This document shows, piece after piece, positions 23,909 to 36,049 of a stretch of DNA of 64,000 nt; positions within the stretch are counted from its first letter, which is position 1, and every line of letters begins with the position of its first letter. Source of the DNA: Octopus sinensis (Eukaryota); NCBI RefSeq assembly GCF_006345805.1, contig NC_043009.1, positions 26,164,001 through 26,228,000 on the forward strand, written 5' to 3'. The position numbers were made by a program, and so were the translations under genes. The notes under the pieces were generated by a model. That model worked only from the letters and a program-made list of their open reading frames with translations. It was not told the origin of the DNA and did not search any database.

Positions 23909-26335
23909 GGCGACCAGCTAGCAAGCAAAATCGTTAACACGCCGAAGAAAATGCTCAGCGGCATTTCGTCCGCCTTTACGTTCTGAGGTCAAATTCCGCC
24001 GAGATCGACTTTGCCTGCCATCCTTTCGGGGTCCATAAATTAAGTACCAGTTACGTACTGGGGCCGATGATATCGACTGCCCCGCCTCCCCAAGAATTTC
24101 AGGCTTTGTACCTATAGTAGAAAGGATTATTATTATTATTATCAATACTCTTCTTCTTCTTCTTATTATTATTATTATTTAAGGCGGTGAGTTGGCACGC
24201 CGGACAAAATGCTTAGCGGCATTTCGTTCTTGTTCACCTTCTTAGATCAAATTCCGCCGGTATCAATTTTTGCCTGTCATCCTTTCGGGGGTCGATTAAA
24301 TAAGTGCTAGTTGAGGACGGGGGGCGATGTAATCGATTCACCCTTCTTCCCTCGAAATTGCTGGCCTTGTACCAAAATTTGAAATCATGATTATTATTTT
24401 GCAAATTGTCATTGATTTTATTGTTTTTATGTAAATCTCCACTGTCCTTTGTCATTGTATTCTCCTAAAAGTTTTTCGCGGCGCTCTTGGCCCACAAAGA
24501 ACGAATTTTTTATTATCATTGTTATTACGACAGATAGCTAATAGAATTGTTGGCGCGTCAGACAAAATGCTAAGCGGCATTTCTTCCGACGCTTTATGTT
24601 TTGTGTTCAAATCCCGCTGAGGCCGCCTTCGCCTTTTCATTTTTTCATGGTCTATAAAATAAAGTACCAGTGAAATATTGAGGTTGATGAAATCGATTAA
24701 AACCTTTCACTACTAAAAACTGCCGGTCTTGCGCCAATTTTCAAACAAGGATTTTTATTATTATCAAAGCAGTGAAGCCGGCGAGCTGGCAGAATCATTA
24801 GCACGCTGGACGAAATGCTTAGCGGTATTTCGCCCGACGCTACCTTCTGAGTTCAAATTCAGCTGAGGTTGACTTTGTCTTTCGTCCTATCGGGGTCGAA
24901 GTATCAGTCGAACACTGGGGTCGATTTAATCGATTTGTCCCCTGCCCCAAAATTTCAGGCCTTGTGGTAGAATCGTTAGCACGTCGGACAAAATACATAG
25001 CGGTATTTCGCCCGTGGTTACGTTCTGAGTTCAAATTCCGCCTAAGTCGATTTTGCTTTCATCTTTTCGGGGTCGATAAAATAAATACCAGTTGAACACT
25101 GAGGTCGATGTAATTGACTCATTCCTACTTCCCTTGTAGCAAAAATTTGAAATAATTATTATCAAAGTGGTTAGCACGTCGGAGAAAATGCTTAGCTGCA
25201 CTTCGTACGACTCTTTACGTACTGAGTTCAAATTCTAGTGAGGTTGACCTTGTCTTTCGATTTCGATAAAAGCCGTACCAGTTGAGCAGGCGGGGTTGAG
25301 GTAATCTGTTTACCCACCCCAGGTAAACTTGTCGGCCTGATGCCAGAGTGAGAAAGAGTTATTATTAGGACAACTCACTGCGTTCGAAGTTCAAATTCCG
25401 CCGGGGCTGTCTTTATCTTTCATTCCTCTTGGGACCAAAGAATAAAAGTACTAATCAAGTACTGTAGTCGATGACATTGGTCATGTGCCTAAATAAAAAA
25501 AGGTTGGAGAAGGGGCAGCCGAGTTGTTGGAGCATAGGGAAAATTGCCTAGCGACATTTATTCCGGCTCTTTACGTTGTGAGATCAAATCCCGCCGAAGT
25601 CAACTTTGACTTTCTTCATTTCAGAGTCGATAAAATAAAGCTGAGCTCTGGAATCAATGTAATCGCTTTACCCCTCCCCTAAAAATTGCTGACCTCGTAC
25701 CAAAATTAGAAAGAATTATTATTGTGGTGTAGTTTATTGGGCACGACAGCCCCAGATATTGTGTGTGTGGGGCTAAAACAAAACTCATGGAAACAATGAA
25801 GAAGAGTTGGAGAGCAACTCATTCACACACACACACACACACACACAGAGTAGTAGTAGTAGTAGTAGTTGTAGTAGTAGTTGTAGTAGTTGTAGTAAAA
25901 ATAAATCAACGAAGCGAGTGTTTCCTCTTGATTTTATAAATAAATTTCTACTCTGTCTTTCGAATTAAGGTGCAAAAAGGCGGTGAGCTGGCAGAATCGT
26001 TAGCACGCCGGGTGAAATGCTTAGCGGTGTTTCATCTGCCGTTACGTTCTACGTTCAAATTCTGCTGAGGTCGAATTTGCCTTTCATCCTTTCGTGGTCG
26101 ATTAAATAAGTACCAGTTACACACTGGGGTCGATGTAATCGACTTAATCCGTTTGTCTGTCCTTGTTTGTCCTCTCTGTGTTTAGCCCCTTGTGGGTAGT
26201 AAAGAAATAGGTACTTTACCTTTCATCCTTTCGGGGTCGATAAATTAAGTACTAGTTGCGTACTGGGATCGATCTAATCGACTGACACCTACCCACCTTC
26301 CCCCAAAATTTCGGGCATTGTGCCTAGAATTAAGG
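23908..26335 (+). mobile_element. Head-to-tail array of roughly 9-10 family B SINE copies/fragments, last one B2+B
   Basis: Repeated head GGCG..GAGCTGGCAGAATCGTTAGCACG, GAGTTCAAATTCCGCCGAGG and CCTTTCATCCTTTCGGGGTCG core, separated by (TTA)n. Confidence 0.9.
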
Positions 26336-26394
26336 TCCAGAATCAGCGCAGCTTCATTAATTTAATCGTCGTATTTGATTAGTATTTTATATCG

Positions 26395-26720
26395 TTTTCA
26401 AAATTTGACACAGAGCAGCTAGCAATTACAAGTGAGGGGCTAAATCGATGATACCGACCCCAATGTTCGACTGCTAATTGTTATATTGACCCAGAAAAAA
26501 AAATAAATAAAAGGTAAAGTCGAACCCGGCGTCATTTGAACTCCGAACATTAAAACGAGTGAAATACCACTAAGCATTCCACTCGGCGTGCTAACGACTC
26601 TGCCAGCTCACCGCCCTATTGGCACTTTTTACATCAGCAAACCTGAAAGGATGAAAGAAAAAGAAAGAAACTAAGGTTGACTTACGCGTGATTCGAACTC
26701 GGAACGTAACGAACCGGAAC
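26395..26720 (-). mobile_element. Family B SINE copies, antisense
   Basis: TAAGCATT..CGGCGTGCTAACGA.TCTGCCAGCTCACCGCC is the reverse complement of the B head. Confidence 0.8.
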
Positions 26721-26924
26721 AAAAACCACAAAATAGTTTGTTTTTTTTTTCTATGATTTAACGTATCGACTGAAGCAGAGACCAGTTTGCGAACTAAAAA
26801 TGCAGCTGATGAAATGAATCAGCCGGAAAACTTCATCTGCTCATTAATTTTTACAATTGATTAATTTTGCATAAACAAAAAACAAAAAAATTTCATTTTC
26901 TTTTATTCCTGTTAAACCTATCTT

Positions 26925-27300
26925 TTATCTTTTACTTGTTTCAGTCATTAGACTCCGGCCATGCAGGGGCACCGCCTTGATTGTTTTTAGTCGAACGAAT
27001 CGACCCCAGGACTTACTTTTTTTAAGCCTGGTACTTATTCTATCGATCCCTTTTGCCGAACCGCTAAGTTACGGGAACGTAAACACACCAACACCGGTTG
27101 TCAATCTGTAACGGGGATGGGAGACAAACACACAATGACACGCACTCGACGGGCTTCCGTCAGTTTCCGTCTACCAAATCCACTCACAAGGCTTTGGTCG
27201 GCCCGAGGCTATAGTAGAAAACACTTGCTCAAGGTGTCACGGAGTGGGACTGAACCCGGAACCATGTGGCTGGTAAGCAAGCTTCTTACCACACAGCTAC
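26925..27300 (-). mobile_element. SINE family A, near full length
   Basis: Homology to the other family A copies. Confidence 0.9.
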
Positions 27301-27309
27301 GCTAAACAA

Positions 27310-27870
27310 CAACCCTTGCTACTAATAGGCAAAACATCTGAAATCTAAGGGGAAGGGACTAGCCGAGGGGACTAGCATCATCTCCACTGTCCAACTGGTA
27401 TTTATTTTATTCACTATGAAAAGGATGGAAGTCAAAATCGACCTCAGTGGAATTCGAACTCAGAACATATACGGACGAAATTGCCGTTGAAATGCCGGCG
27501 CACTAACGATTCTTTTCTACTCTAGGCACAAGGTCTGAAATTTGGGGGTAGGGGGCCAGTCGATTAGATCGATCGCAGTACGCAACAGGTACTTAATTAA
27601 TCGACTCCGAAAGGATGAAAAGCAAAGTCGACCTCGGCGGAATTTGAACTCAGAACGTAGCAGCAGACGAAATACCGCTAAGTATTTTCCCGGTGTGCTA
27701 ACGATTCAGCCAGCTCGCCGCCCTCACACCTGTATCAATGATGGTATTAAATTTTGGCACAAGGCCAAGAGTTCTACGGGAAAGAACAATTCGATTACAT
27801 CAACATCTGTCACTTAATTGATACTTCATTTTATAGAGCGCGAAACGATGAAGGGCGAGTATGATCGTGA
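27310..27870 (-). mobile_element. Family B SINE cluster, antisense
   Basis: Three reverse-complement B copies/fragments. Confidence 0.8.
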
Positions 27871-27932
27871 CAAAAATTCGAAACGTCCGTCAGGGGTCCA
27901 GCACTTGGGTTGACGGTATCAGCTTACCACTT

Positions 27933-28166
27933 TAAGGCGGCGAGCTGGCAGAATCGTTAGCAAGTCGGGTGAAATGCTTAGCGGTATTTCGGCTGCCGTT
28001 ACGTTGTGAGTTCAAATTCCGCCGAGGTCGACTTTGCCTTTCATCCTTTCGGGGTCGATAAATTAAGTACCAGTTAAGCACTGGGGTCGATATAATCGAC
28101 TTAATACCTATGTCTGTCCATGTTTGTCCCCTCTATGTTTAGCCCCTTGTGGGTAATAAAGAAATA
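27933..28166 (+). mobile_element. Full-length B2 SINE with an 18-bp target-site duplication
   Basis: Flanked by GGTATCAGCTTACCACTT (27915-27932) and GGTATCAGCTTATCACTT (28167-28184), 1 mismatch. Confidence 0.9.
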
Positions 28167-28401
28167 GGTATCAGCTTATCACTTCTCACGGTTTTCTGAC
28201 CTCGTCCCTGAATCAGTAGTTAAAAACAGCAATAAAAATAACAGTGAGAAGAATAATATGGAACGTGTTTATATATGGTGTGAGGGAGCACCACTGTGAA
28301 ATGTGCGCGAAGGCGCGCGTGTGTGTGTACATTGGTAGATTGATGTATTGGGAACACTGCACGTTTAGAAACTCTGTCGATATGTCTGTCAATATATATA
28401 T

Positions 28402-28442
<41 letters not shown>

Positions 28443-29493
28443 AACTTTCATATTTATTTTCAGTCACTAAACTGCGTCCATGCTGGAGCGTCTCTGAAAG
28501 GTTTGGCGGATCGAATCCAGCACCGTACTTCGTTCTTTGTTTGTCTTCTTTTAATGAAGGGTGGGGTTTAAAGGAATTTTGTGTTTATTTCCTTTTTTCA
28601 ATTTCCTTTTGCTGAACCGCTAGGTCTTAGCGGTCGTATACAAATTAACACCGGCTGTTAAGAGAGAGGAAAGATAAGGCAAAGACGCACACACACTCAC
28701 ACGCACATGCACACATATACAAACAAAATGACTGATAGACTGCTATACATATACATATACATACACACACACACACACACACAACACCACACACACACAT
28801 ATATATTATATATATATATATATATACGTATCGGGGGAGAAAGAAAGAGAGAGAGAGAGAAATTGAAAGATAGATAAATAGATAGATAGCCATTGGCTTG
28901 CAAACTCAAACCAATGACTATATATATTTCAACAAGTGAAAAAGCAGACGGTTTCCATAACTTGATTTATGTCCGCGCTTGTGTGTGTGCACCATATTCA
29001 AGTAAATACAAACACAATTTTCGTGGATGCATGTATCTGCTTTCCACTAATATATATAACAAATATCTACACACATACTTCAGACATGTGGACATAGTTG
29101 TAGACAGATGTATACTTTTATGAGTCTATGTACTTGAGCATACATATAGGCATATGCGTATACACCTGTAAATTACACACACACAAACGCTCCAGTACAC
29201 ACGCATGTACAAACATTCACACACACACACGCATATATATATATATATACGTATATATATACATATATATATACATGAGCGCACCCATATTCTTGCATGC
29301 ATATACGTAAGCGTATACATGAATGTGTGTACTTATACAGATAAATGTGCGCATATGCATAAACACACACATATGTATATATATATATATGTATGGATAT
29401 ATATAGAGATCATTACCTTATTACATGCACACACACACACATATACACATACATATATATATGTACATACATGTATATATACACACAAATATA

Positions 29494-29530
<37 letters not shown>

Positions 29531-29622
29531 CTATATATATATATGTATGTATGTGATGTATCTGCATTTGAGCATGTGCTTGCGTGTGTGTGTGTATGTG
29601 CGTGCGGGTGCGTGTGTGTGTT

Positions 29623-29677
<55 letters not shown>

Positions 29678-30147
29678 ATTTGCGGGAGGTTATGATTAAT
29701 TGCAAAGCCCTGGTTACATTTCACATTTTTTTTCAAAGTATCGTAAATTACTTGGAGGCACCGAGAGAGGAAACCGGAGCAGGGCAATAATTAATAATAG
29801 CTTTCAACCTACCTACATAGACATATATATATATATATATACACACTTACACACACGAACACGAGTAATAATATGCATAAATATACATGCATATATATAT
29901 ATATACATACATATATTTATATGCACAAGCACATATATATATGTATATATTCATATATACATAGATACACATGAATATAAATATGCATACATAGACATGT
30001 ATATACATATATATGTGTATATGCATATATTTATACACACACACATATATATACCTACATATTAATACGACGTTTTAAACTGGTATAGAGAGTTATGGTT
30101 TGCGTTGGTTTTACTAATAAGCGATTTGAGCATGTCTCTATGTCTTC

Positions 30148-30181
<34 letters not shown>

Positions 30182-30335
30182 CATTCTGTGTGTGTGTGTG
30201 GTGTGTGTGTGTGGTGCGCGCGTGCGTGCATACCTGCCTCATAATTTATTAGCTTCGAGTTTCGAAAAAACACTGAGAAAAACTCCATGCAGTTCGGTAA
30301 AAAAAAATCGAAAAAAAAATTAAATAAATAAACTT

Positions 30336-30373
<38 letters not shown>

Positions 30374-30374
30374 G

Positions 30375-30410
<36 letters not shown>

Positions 30411-30877
30411 CACTACCACTACTACACACAAGCACTCATACACACCTCCACACACATATATAAATCCAGATATATGTATGTCTATATATACCGATATACA
30501 TATGCGTATATACATACAAACACACACACACACACATATATACATATATACATATGTATATATCCACACATGCATATACCAGAAAGTGTATGTGCGTGTG
30601 CGCGTGTTCGGAAGTCTTTTTGCGTGTCTTGAATGTGTGCATGTATCCATTGAAGTGCTACTAATTAGAGAGAGGGGAAGTCAGCAAGCAGTTTCTAATG
30701 CAATCGGTAACGCAGTCAACCGGTAAGATCTATATACACGGTTCGTTCCTCGTCAGCGCTGATGGTTTCTTTTCTGTCTCTCGTTCAATATACATGCATA
30801 ATATCCGTATGTACATACATGCCTGCCTGTATACATGCATACATTTACGGAACTATATCTGTATATAGGTATATACA

Positions 30878-31060
30878 GACCACCTCCCCCTGTGGGATGA
30901 AGTTAAAATAATAGACAGAGAACACCACTGGAAAAAACTAAAACTAAAAGAAGTAGCACATATGCTAGGACACAACAACCTCCTAAGCAGACCGAGTGTA
31001 GATATGAGTAGCATATGGGAACTAGTATTAAGCAAGGATAGGAAAGTATTAGATTTATAA
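30878..31060 (+). pseudogene. Penelope-like element GIY-YIG endonuclease C-terminal fragment
   Basis: DHLPLWDEVKIIDREHHWKKLKLKEVAHMLGHNNLLSRPSVDMSSIWELVLSKDRKVLDL*, fitting the H..W..VKI(I/L)DRE..W..RK.KEA.HI pattern of PLE endonucleases. Confidence 0.75.
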
Positions 31061-31096
31061 GCCATAAAATTCCCTCATAATTCCCCACGGGTATAA

Positions 31097-31350
31097 TGGC
31101 GTAGTGGTTAAGAACGCGGGCTACTAACTCCAAGATTCCGAGTTCGACTCCAGGCAGTGACCTGCATCATCATAATAATAATGACATTGGAAAAATACCT
31201 TAGGAATGAGAACCCAGGTTCGAAATTTCCCCAAGGCACCTGATGAAGGTTGGAGAGTATATCAGTCGAAATGTTGTGTTAACAACAAACAAGATGAGCA
31301 CAAATATCCGTCAAATGTGAATAATGTTCACAATTCCTCATTTCTCAAAT
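31097..31350 (+). mobile_element. tRNA-head/HHR element: A box 31097-31107, B box 31142-31151, short ATC/ATA spacer, hammerhead 31235-31280
   Basis: TGGCGTAGTGG, GTTCGACTCC, then GGCAC-CTGATGA-A-GGTTGG-AGAGTATA-TCAGTC-GAAA-TG-TT-GTGTT (helix III C->T). Confidence 0.8.
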
Positions 31351-31969
31351 ATAGAACTAGATATATGTTGTTTACACATGCCTTCTTACTGGGGCATCGC
31401 CTTGAGTTGTCGTATAAGGACTTACATTCGCCCGCCTCGTTAATGATTCTGTCAGCTCACCTGGTGTCACCATAGGACTTATATTTTAATTCTACCACTA
31501 TCAATACCTTTTGTCGACCTGTTAGGTTGCTGTAACGTAAACAAACCAATGCCGGTTGTTAAGTGGTCCGGTTGGTGAGAGAGATCAAAGAGAAAAGACA
31601 AAGCCCACACCCCCAAACACACACACATACCCATAGATACACACGTACACTCACACATACATATATATCTACGAAGGGCTTCCACACAGTTTCCGTCTAC
31701 CATTTTCACTCACAAAGTATTGGTCGGCCTGGAGTTATTGTAGAAGACACTTGCCTAAGGTGTTGTGCAGTGGAATAGAACCAGGAACCAGACGGTTTCA
31801 AAGCAAAGTTCTTCATAGCATATATATATATATATATATATATGCATGTATGCAGGAATGTATACATACATGTATGTATGTATGTATATCTATCTTTCTG
31901 TGCATATACATATGTGTATGTATGCATGAATGTATGCATATATGTATGTATGTATATAATATTATAATA

Positions 31970-32003
<34 letters not shown>

Positions 32004-32449
32004 CAGAGAGAGAGAGAGAGAAGAGAGAGAGGGAGAGAGGTATGTATGTACTTATGTATGCATGAATGTATATGTGTGAATAGATGTAAATATATGTAAT
32101 TATATACATATGTGTGTGCGCGCATTTGGATGCATGTATGGAAGAATGCATTATTTGGATGTGTGCACCTTTGTATTTCCAGAAAAACCGAACACCTGTT
32201 ATTATAATGTTTTACGAACAACGTCCCTTAAGATGATAGTTCCGCCCCGAGAGCTAACCAATACCATCCATAATTCCTTTTATCTCTTCTATTTATATGT
32301 GCATTCACGTGACCGCTTTCTCATCCCCTAGAATATAACCCCTGTATCTCGACAGAAGGGACTTCATCTAACAGACTCCCCCACTTCCAACACTGTCATA
32401 ATTTTCAGTAATCGTTCGAGAGTTCCTACAATATGTTTACTGATGCCAT

Positions 32450-32840
32450 ACGGCAAGCTGGCAGAAACGTTAGCACGCCGGGCGAAATGCTGAGCGGTAT
32501 TTTGTCTGCTGCTACGTTCTGAGTTCAAATTCCGCCGAGGTCAACTTTGCCTTTCATCCTTTCGGGGTCGATTAAATAAGTACCAGTTACGCACTGGGAT
32601 CAATGTAATCGACTTAATCCGTTTGTCTTTCCTTGTTTGTCCTCTCTGTGTTTAGCCCCTTATGAGTAGTAAAGAAATAGGTATTTCGTCTGCCGCTACG
32701 TTCTGAGTTCAAATTCCGCCGAGGTCGACTTTGCCTTTCATCCTTTCGGGATCGATAAATTAAGTACCAGTTGCGTACTGGGTCGATATGATCGACTACC
32801 CTCTCCCCCAAAGTTTGGGCCTTGTCCCTAGAGTAGAAAA
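32450..32840 (+). mobile_element. B2 SINE joined to a family B copy
   Basis: B2 tail AAAGAAATA (32671-32679) then GGTATTTCG restart of the B body. Confidence 0.85.
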
Positions 32841-33309
32841 CAATATATGTACGGATTTGTCGTTAGACTATGCGCAAAGACACGGTTTTCGGTTTTCACT
32901 GATGTGATAACAGCAACATTAATTCACATTATTTTTCTAACTTGGTTTACTCTAAAGTTCTTATACACGCGTTGCATAGTATGTAGATGTACTTCTTTGC
33001 ATGCATTGAACGAGTGAATGTGTGTATGTGTGTGTGTGTGTGTGCATGTGTGTGCGTGTGTGCGTGTGTGTGTAGTATGTGTTTAGTGTGCGTGACTTAC
33101 TGTGTTACAGGTGCATGTTTGCATGTTTGTGTATTGCGCGTGGGTGTGCATATAGATATGGCTGCTTGCGCAACGCACACGCATACACACACATACACAC
33201 ACATGCGCGCACACAAACAAACACATACACATATATTCTACACAAGCACTACACTCACAAACCACATGAAATTTGAGGAGAACGAACAATGTTTAAAAGA
33301 TATCACAAT

Positions 33310-33655
33310 TGGCGGTGGCCTGGCCGTTTAGTAAGAAAATTGCTTCCAAACTAAATGGTTCCGGTTTCAGTCTCACTGCTATAGCCTCAGGACGACCAAA
33401 GGGAAAGAAGCTTGCCTTGTGTGTATGTGTATACATGTGTGTGTGTGTGTGTTGTGTGTGTGTGTGATGAGGTCCCTTTGGGTGTGTGTTTGAGCCCTAA
33501 CCGATGCTTGACAACCAATGTTGGTGTGTTTACGTCTCCGTAACTTAGTAGTCGGCAAAAAAAGCAAACCGATAGAATATATATAAGAGAATTAATCGAC
33601 TAAACCCTTTAGAACGGTGCTCCAGTGTGGACGCAGTTATGTTCTCAAATATCTC
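33310..33655 (+). mobile_element. SINE family A (degenerate)
   Basis: Homology to the other family A copies. Confidence 0.7.
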
Positions 33656-33889
33656 CTTCCTTTTAAGACAATAGGGAGTAATCTGAAAGTGGTATTTCCG
33701 CTTTGTTTTTAGCAGGTCGAGGAATCCAGTTAGATCAAAGTTTTTTAAGCGCTGTGCCACATCACACTTGGGTGCCGCGACAAATGAAGCGGCACGCAGT
33801 GAATTTTGCTTTAAATTTGTTTATTAAATTTGTTTTTAAAAGTATTTAACAAAAAACAACAAAAGAACAAAAACTGAAATTAGTGATTT

Positions 33890-34745
33890 CAAATTTTTGC
33901 TCTTTTTTGGGTGATGGGGTGAGTTGATTATATCGTCCCCAGTCCTTGACATAGTACTTATTTTATCGATCCTGAAAAGGTGAAAGGCAAGACGACCTCG
34001 GGGGATTTTGGACTCAGACCGTAAAGACGAATGAAATGCCGCTATGCATTTTCTCCGGCGTGCTAAAAGTTCTGTCAAGCTCATTGCCTTAGAAACTGAA
34101 ATTTTGAAAGTAAATGATTAACCTGAAACATAATTTCAAACAAAGATTAATAGCATGTTAGATTGGAGACTGAAGACTAGAGATTGGAAGGCGGTGAGTT
34201 GGCAGCATCCTTAGCACGCCGGGCGAAATGCTTAGCAGTATTTCGTCTGCCGTTACGTTCTGAGTCCCAAATTCCGCCGAGGTCGACTTTGCCTTTCATC
34301 CTTTCGGGGTCGATAAATTAAGTACCAGTTAAGCACTGGGGTAGATGTAATCGACTTATTCCCTTTGTCTGTCCTTGTTTGTCCCGTCTATGTTTAGCCC
34401 TTTGTGGGCAATAAAGAAATAAGAAACATTAGCACGCCGGGCGAAATGCCTAGCGTAATTTCGTCTGTCTTTACGTTCTGAGTTCAAATTCCACCGAGGT
34501 CGACTTTGCCTTTCATCCTTTCGGGGTCGATAAATTAAGCACCAGTAGCATACTGGGGTCGATCTAATCGCCTGGCTCCATCCCCCAAACTTTCGGGCCT
34601 TGTGCCTAGAGTAGAAAAGGATATCATGGTAGACTAGAGATTGGAGTCTAGAGACTTGAAGTACCAATTGAACAATGGGATCGATGTAATTGACATGAAC
34701 CCTCCTTCGAAATTGCTGGCCTTGTGCCAAAATTTAAAACCAATA
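33890..34745. mobile_element. Family B cluster: antisense copy ~33890-34085, B2+B sense 34189-34620, sense fragment ~34665-34745
   Basis: B head and core motifs on both strands. Confidence 0.8.
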
Positions 34746-35454
34746 TCGGAGAAGGCTGGAACGGAAGGTAAACAGGTGATGGTGGTCAGGGTGCTAAAAA
34801 TTCAGTATTCTAGCCCCGCTATCAGAGGCCTTAGGGCCTTTGTGTTGGCATCCTCGAGGGCTGGGCTTGCCGGAAAACGGGTTGCGAGCAATAAGGCGGA
34901 GACGAAGCGATGATGTCAAACAGTGGAGTGGGGAAGAAACTTGGCAGAGTATATCGTAGCAGCATGAAACCGTTGTTTGTGTGACGAGGAGTTGTGACGC
35001 TGTGTTTCAGGTCGTCGACTGTCTGCCACTGGAAGTGAAAACATCATTTATCCATTTATATTTTAATAGACTGCAAAGTTTCATCACCGCCGCCACCATC
35101 CACAAAGGCCACGCTATTGACCCCATAATAGAGGGACGAATTACATAAGGTGTATAGGCGCGTGGCTGAGTGGTTAGGATATAATAATATTGGTACAATC
35201 GTTGTGTCACGGTTTCAGTTCACGGACCTGACAGTGCGTTGTGTTTTTGACCAAGACATTTTGTTTAACGTATTTTAAACTTTATATGATAGCATATTGA
35301 TTTCAAATTTTGGAACAAGGCCAGAAAATTTGAGGGAGGTGGGTATGTCAGTTATATCGACTCCAGTGCTCAAACGGTTCTTATTTAATCGAACCCTGAA
35401 TGATGAAAGGCAAAGTCGACCTTGGCGGGTCGACTTTGAACTCAGAGCCTAGTA

Positions 35455-35760
35455 CTTAATCTATCGGTCTCTTTTGCCGAACAGCTAAGTTACGGGGACC
35501 TAAACACACCAACAACGGTTGTCAGGCGATGGTAGGGGGACAAACAGAGACACACAATCATTTACACACACTCATACACACACACATACATACACACATG
35601 TACATACGACAGGTTATTTTCAGTTTCTGTCCACCAAATACACTCACAAGGCCCTGGTTGTCCCGAGGCTATAGGAGAAGACACTTGCCCGAGGTGCCAA
35701 ACAGTGGGACTGAACCCAGAACCATACGGCTACGAAACTTCTAACCACACAGCCACGCTA
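35455..35760 (-). mobile_element. SINE family A
   Basis: Homology to the other family A copies. Confidence 0.8.
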
Positions 35761-35774
35761 GCGACTATATATAT

Positions 35775-35828
<54 letters not shown>

Positions 35829-35851
35829 TATATATATATTATATATATATA

Positions 35852-36049
35852 TATCTGTAAATGTAATATGTGACAATTATTCGGTAGTCAAGATAAAACT
35901 CTGAGCTTCGGATGCCGAGGTGGAAAAACGGCTAGCGTTTTTCCAATGGCCGGATAACTGAAGAGGTGATGGTGTGGATTTCCAACTCGGCATCCGAAAC
36001 TCAGAGTTTTATCTGGTTACCGAATAATTGTCAATATTACATTTAGATA
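35852..36049. repeat. Foldback element: ~70-bp inverted arms (35852-35926 / 35979-36049)
   Basis: AAATGTAATAT.TGACAATTATTCGGTA...AGATAAAACTCTGAG.TTCGGATGCCGAG.TGGAAA and its reverse complement, about 90% identical by eye. Confidence 0.9.
35952..36014 (+). ncRNA. Minimal type I hammerhead motif with complete catalytic core
   Basis: GGATAA-CTGAAGA-G(35965)...C(35995)-GAAA-CTCAGAG-TT-TTATCT; helix I 6 bp incl. one G-U, G10.1-C11.1 pair, near-palindromic helix III, GUU triplet with predicted cleavage after 36008. Confidence 0.65.

Noticed and set aside
28893-29123. IVVDRCILL as a possible TM3 DRY-like exon 2
   Set aside because: The preceding residues are polar, Cys-to-Arg spacing is 26 rather than 25, a stop follows immediately, and there is no good acceptor.
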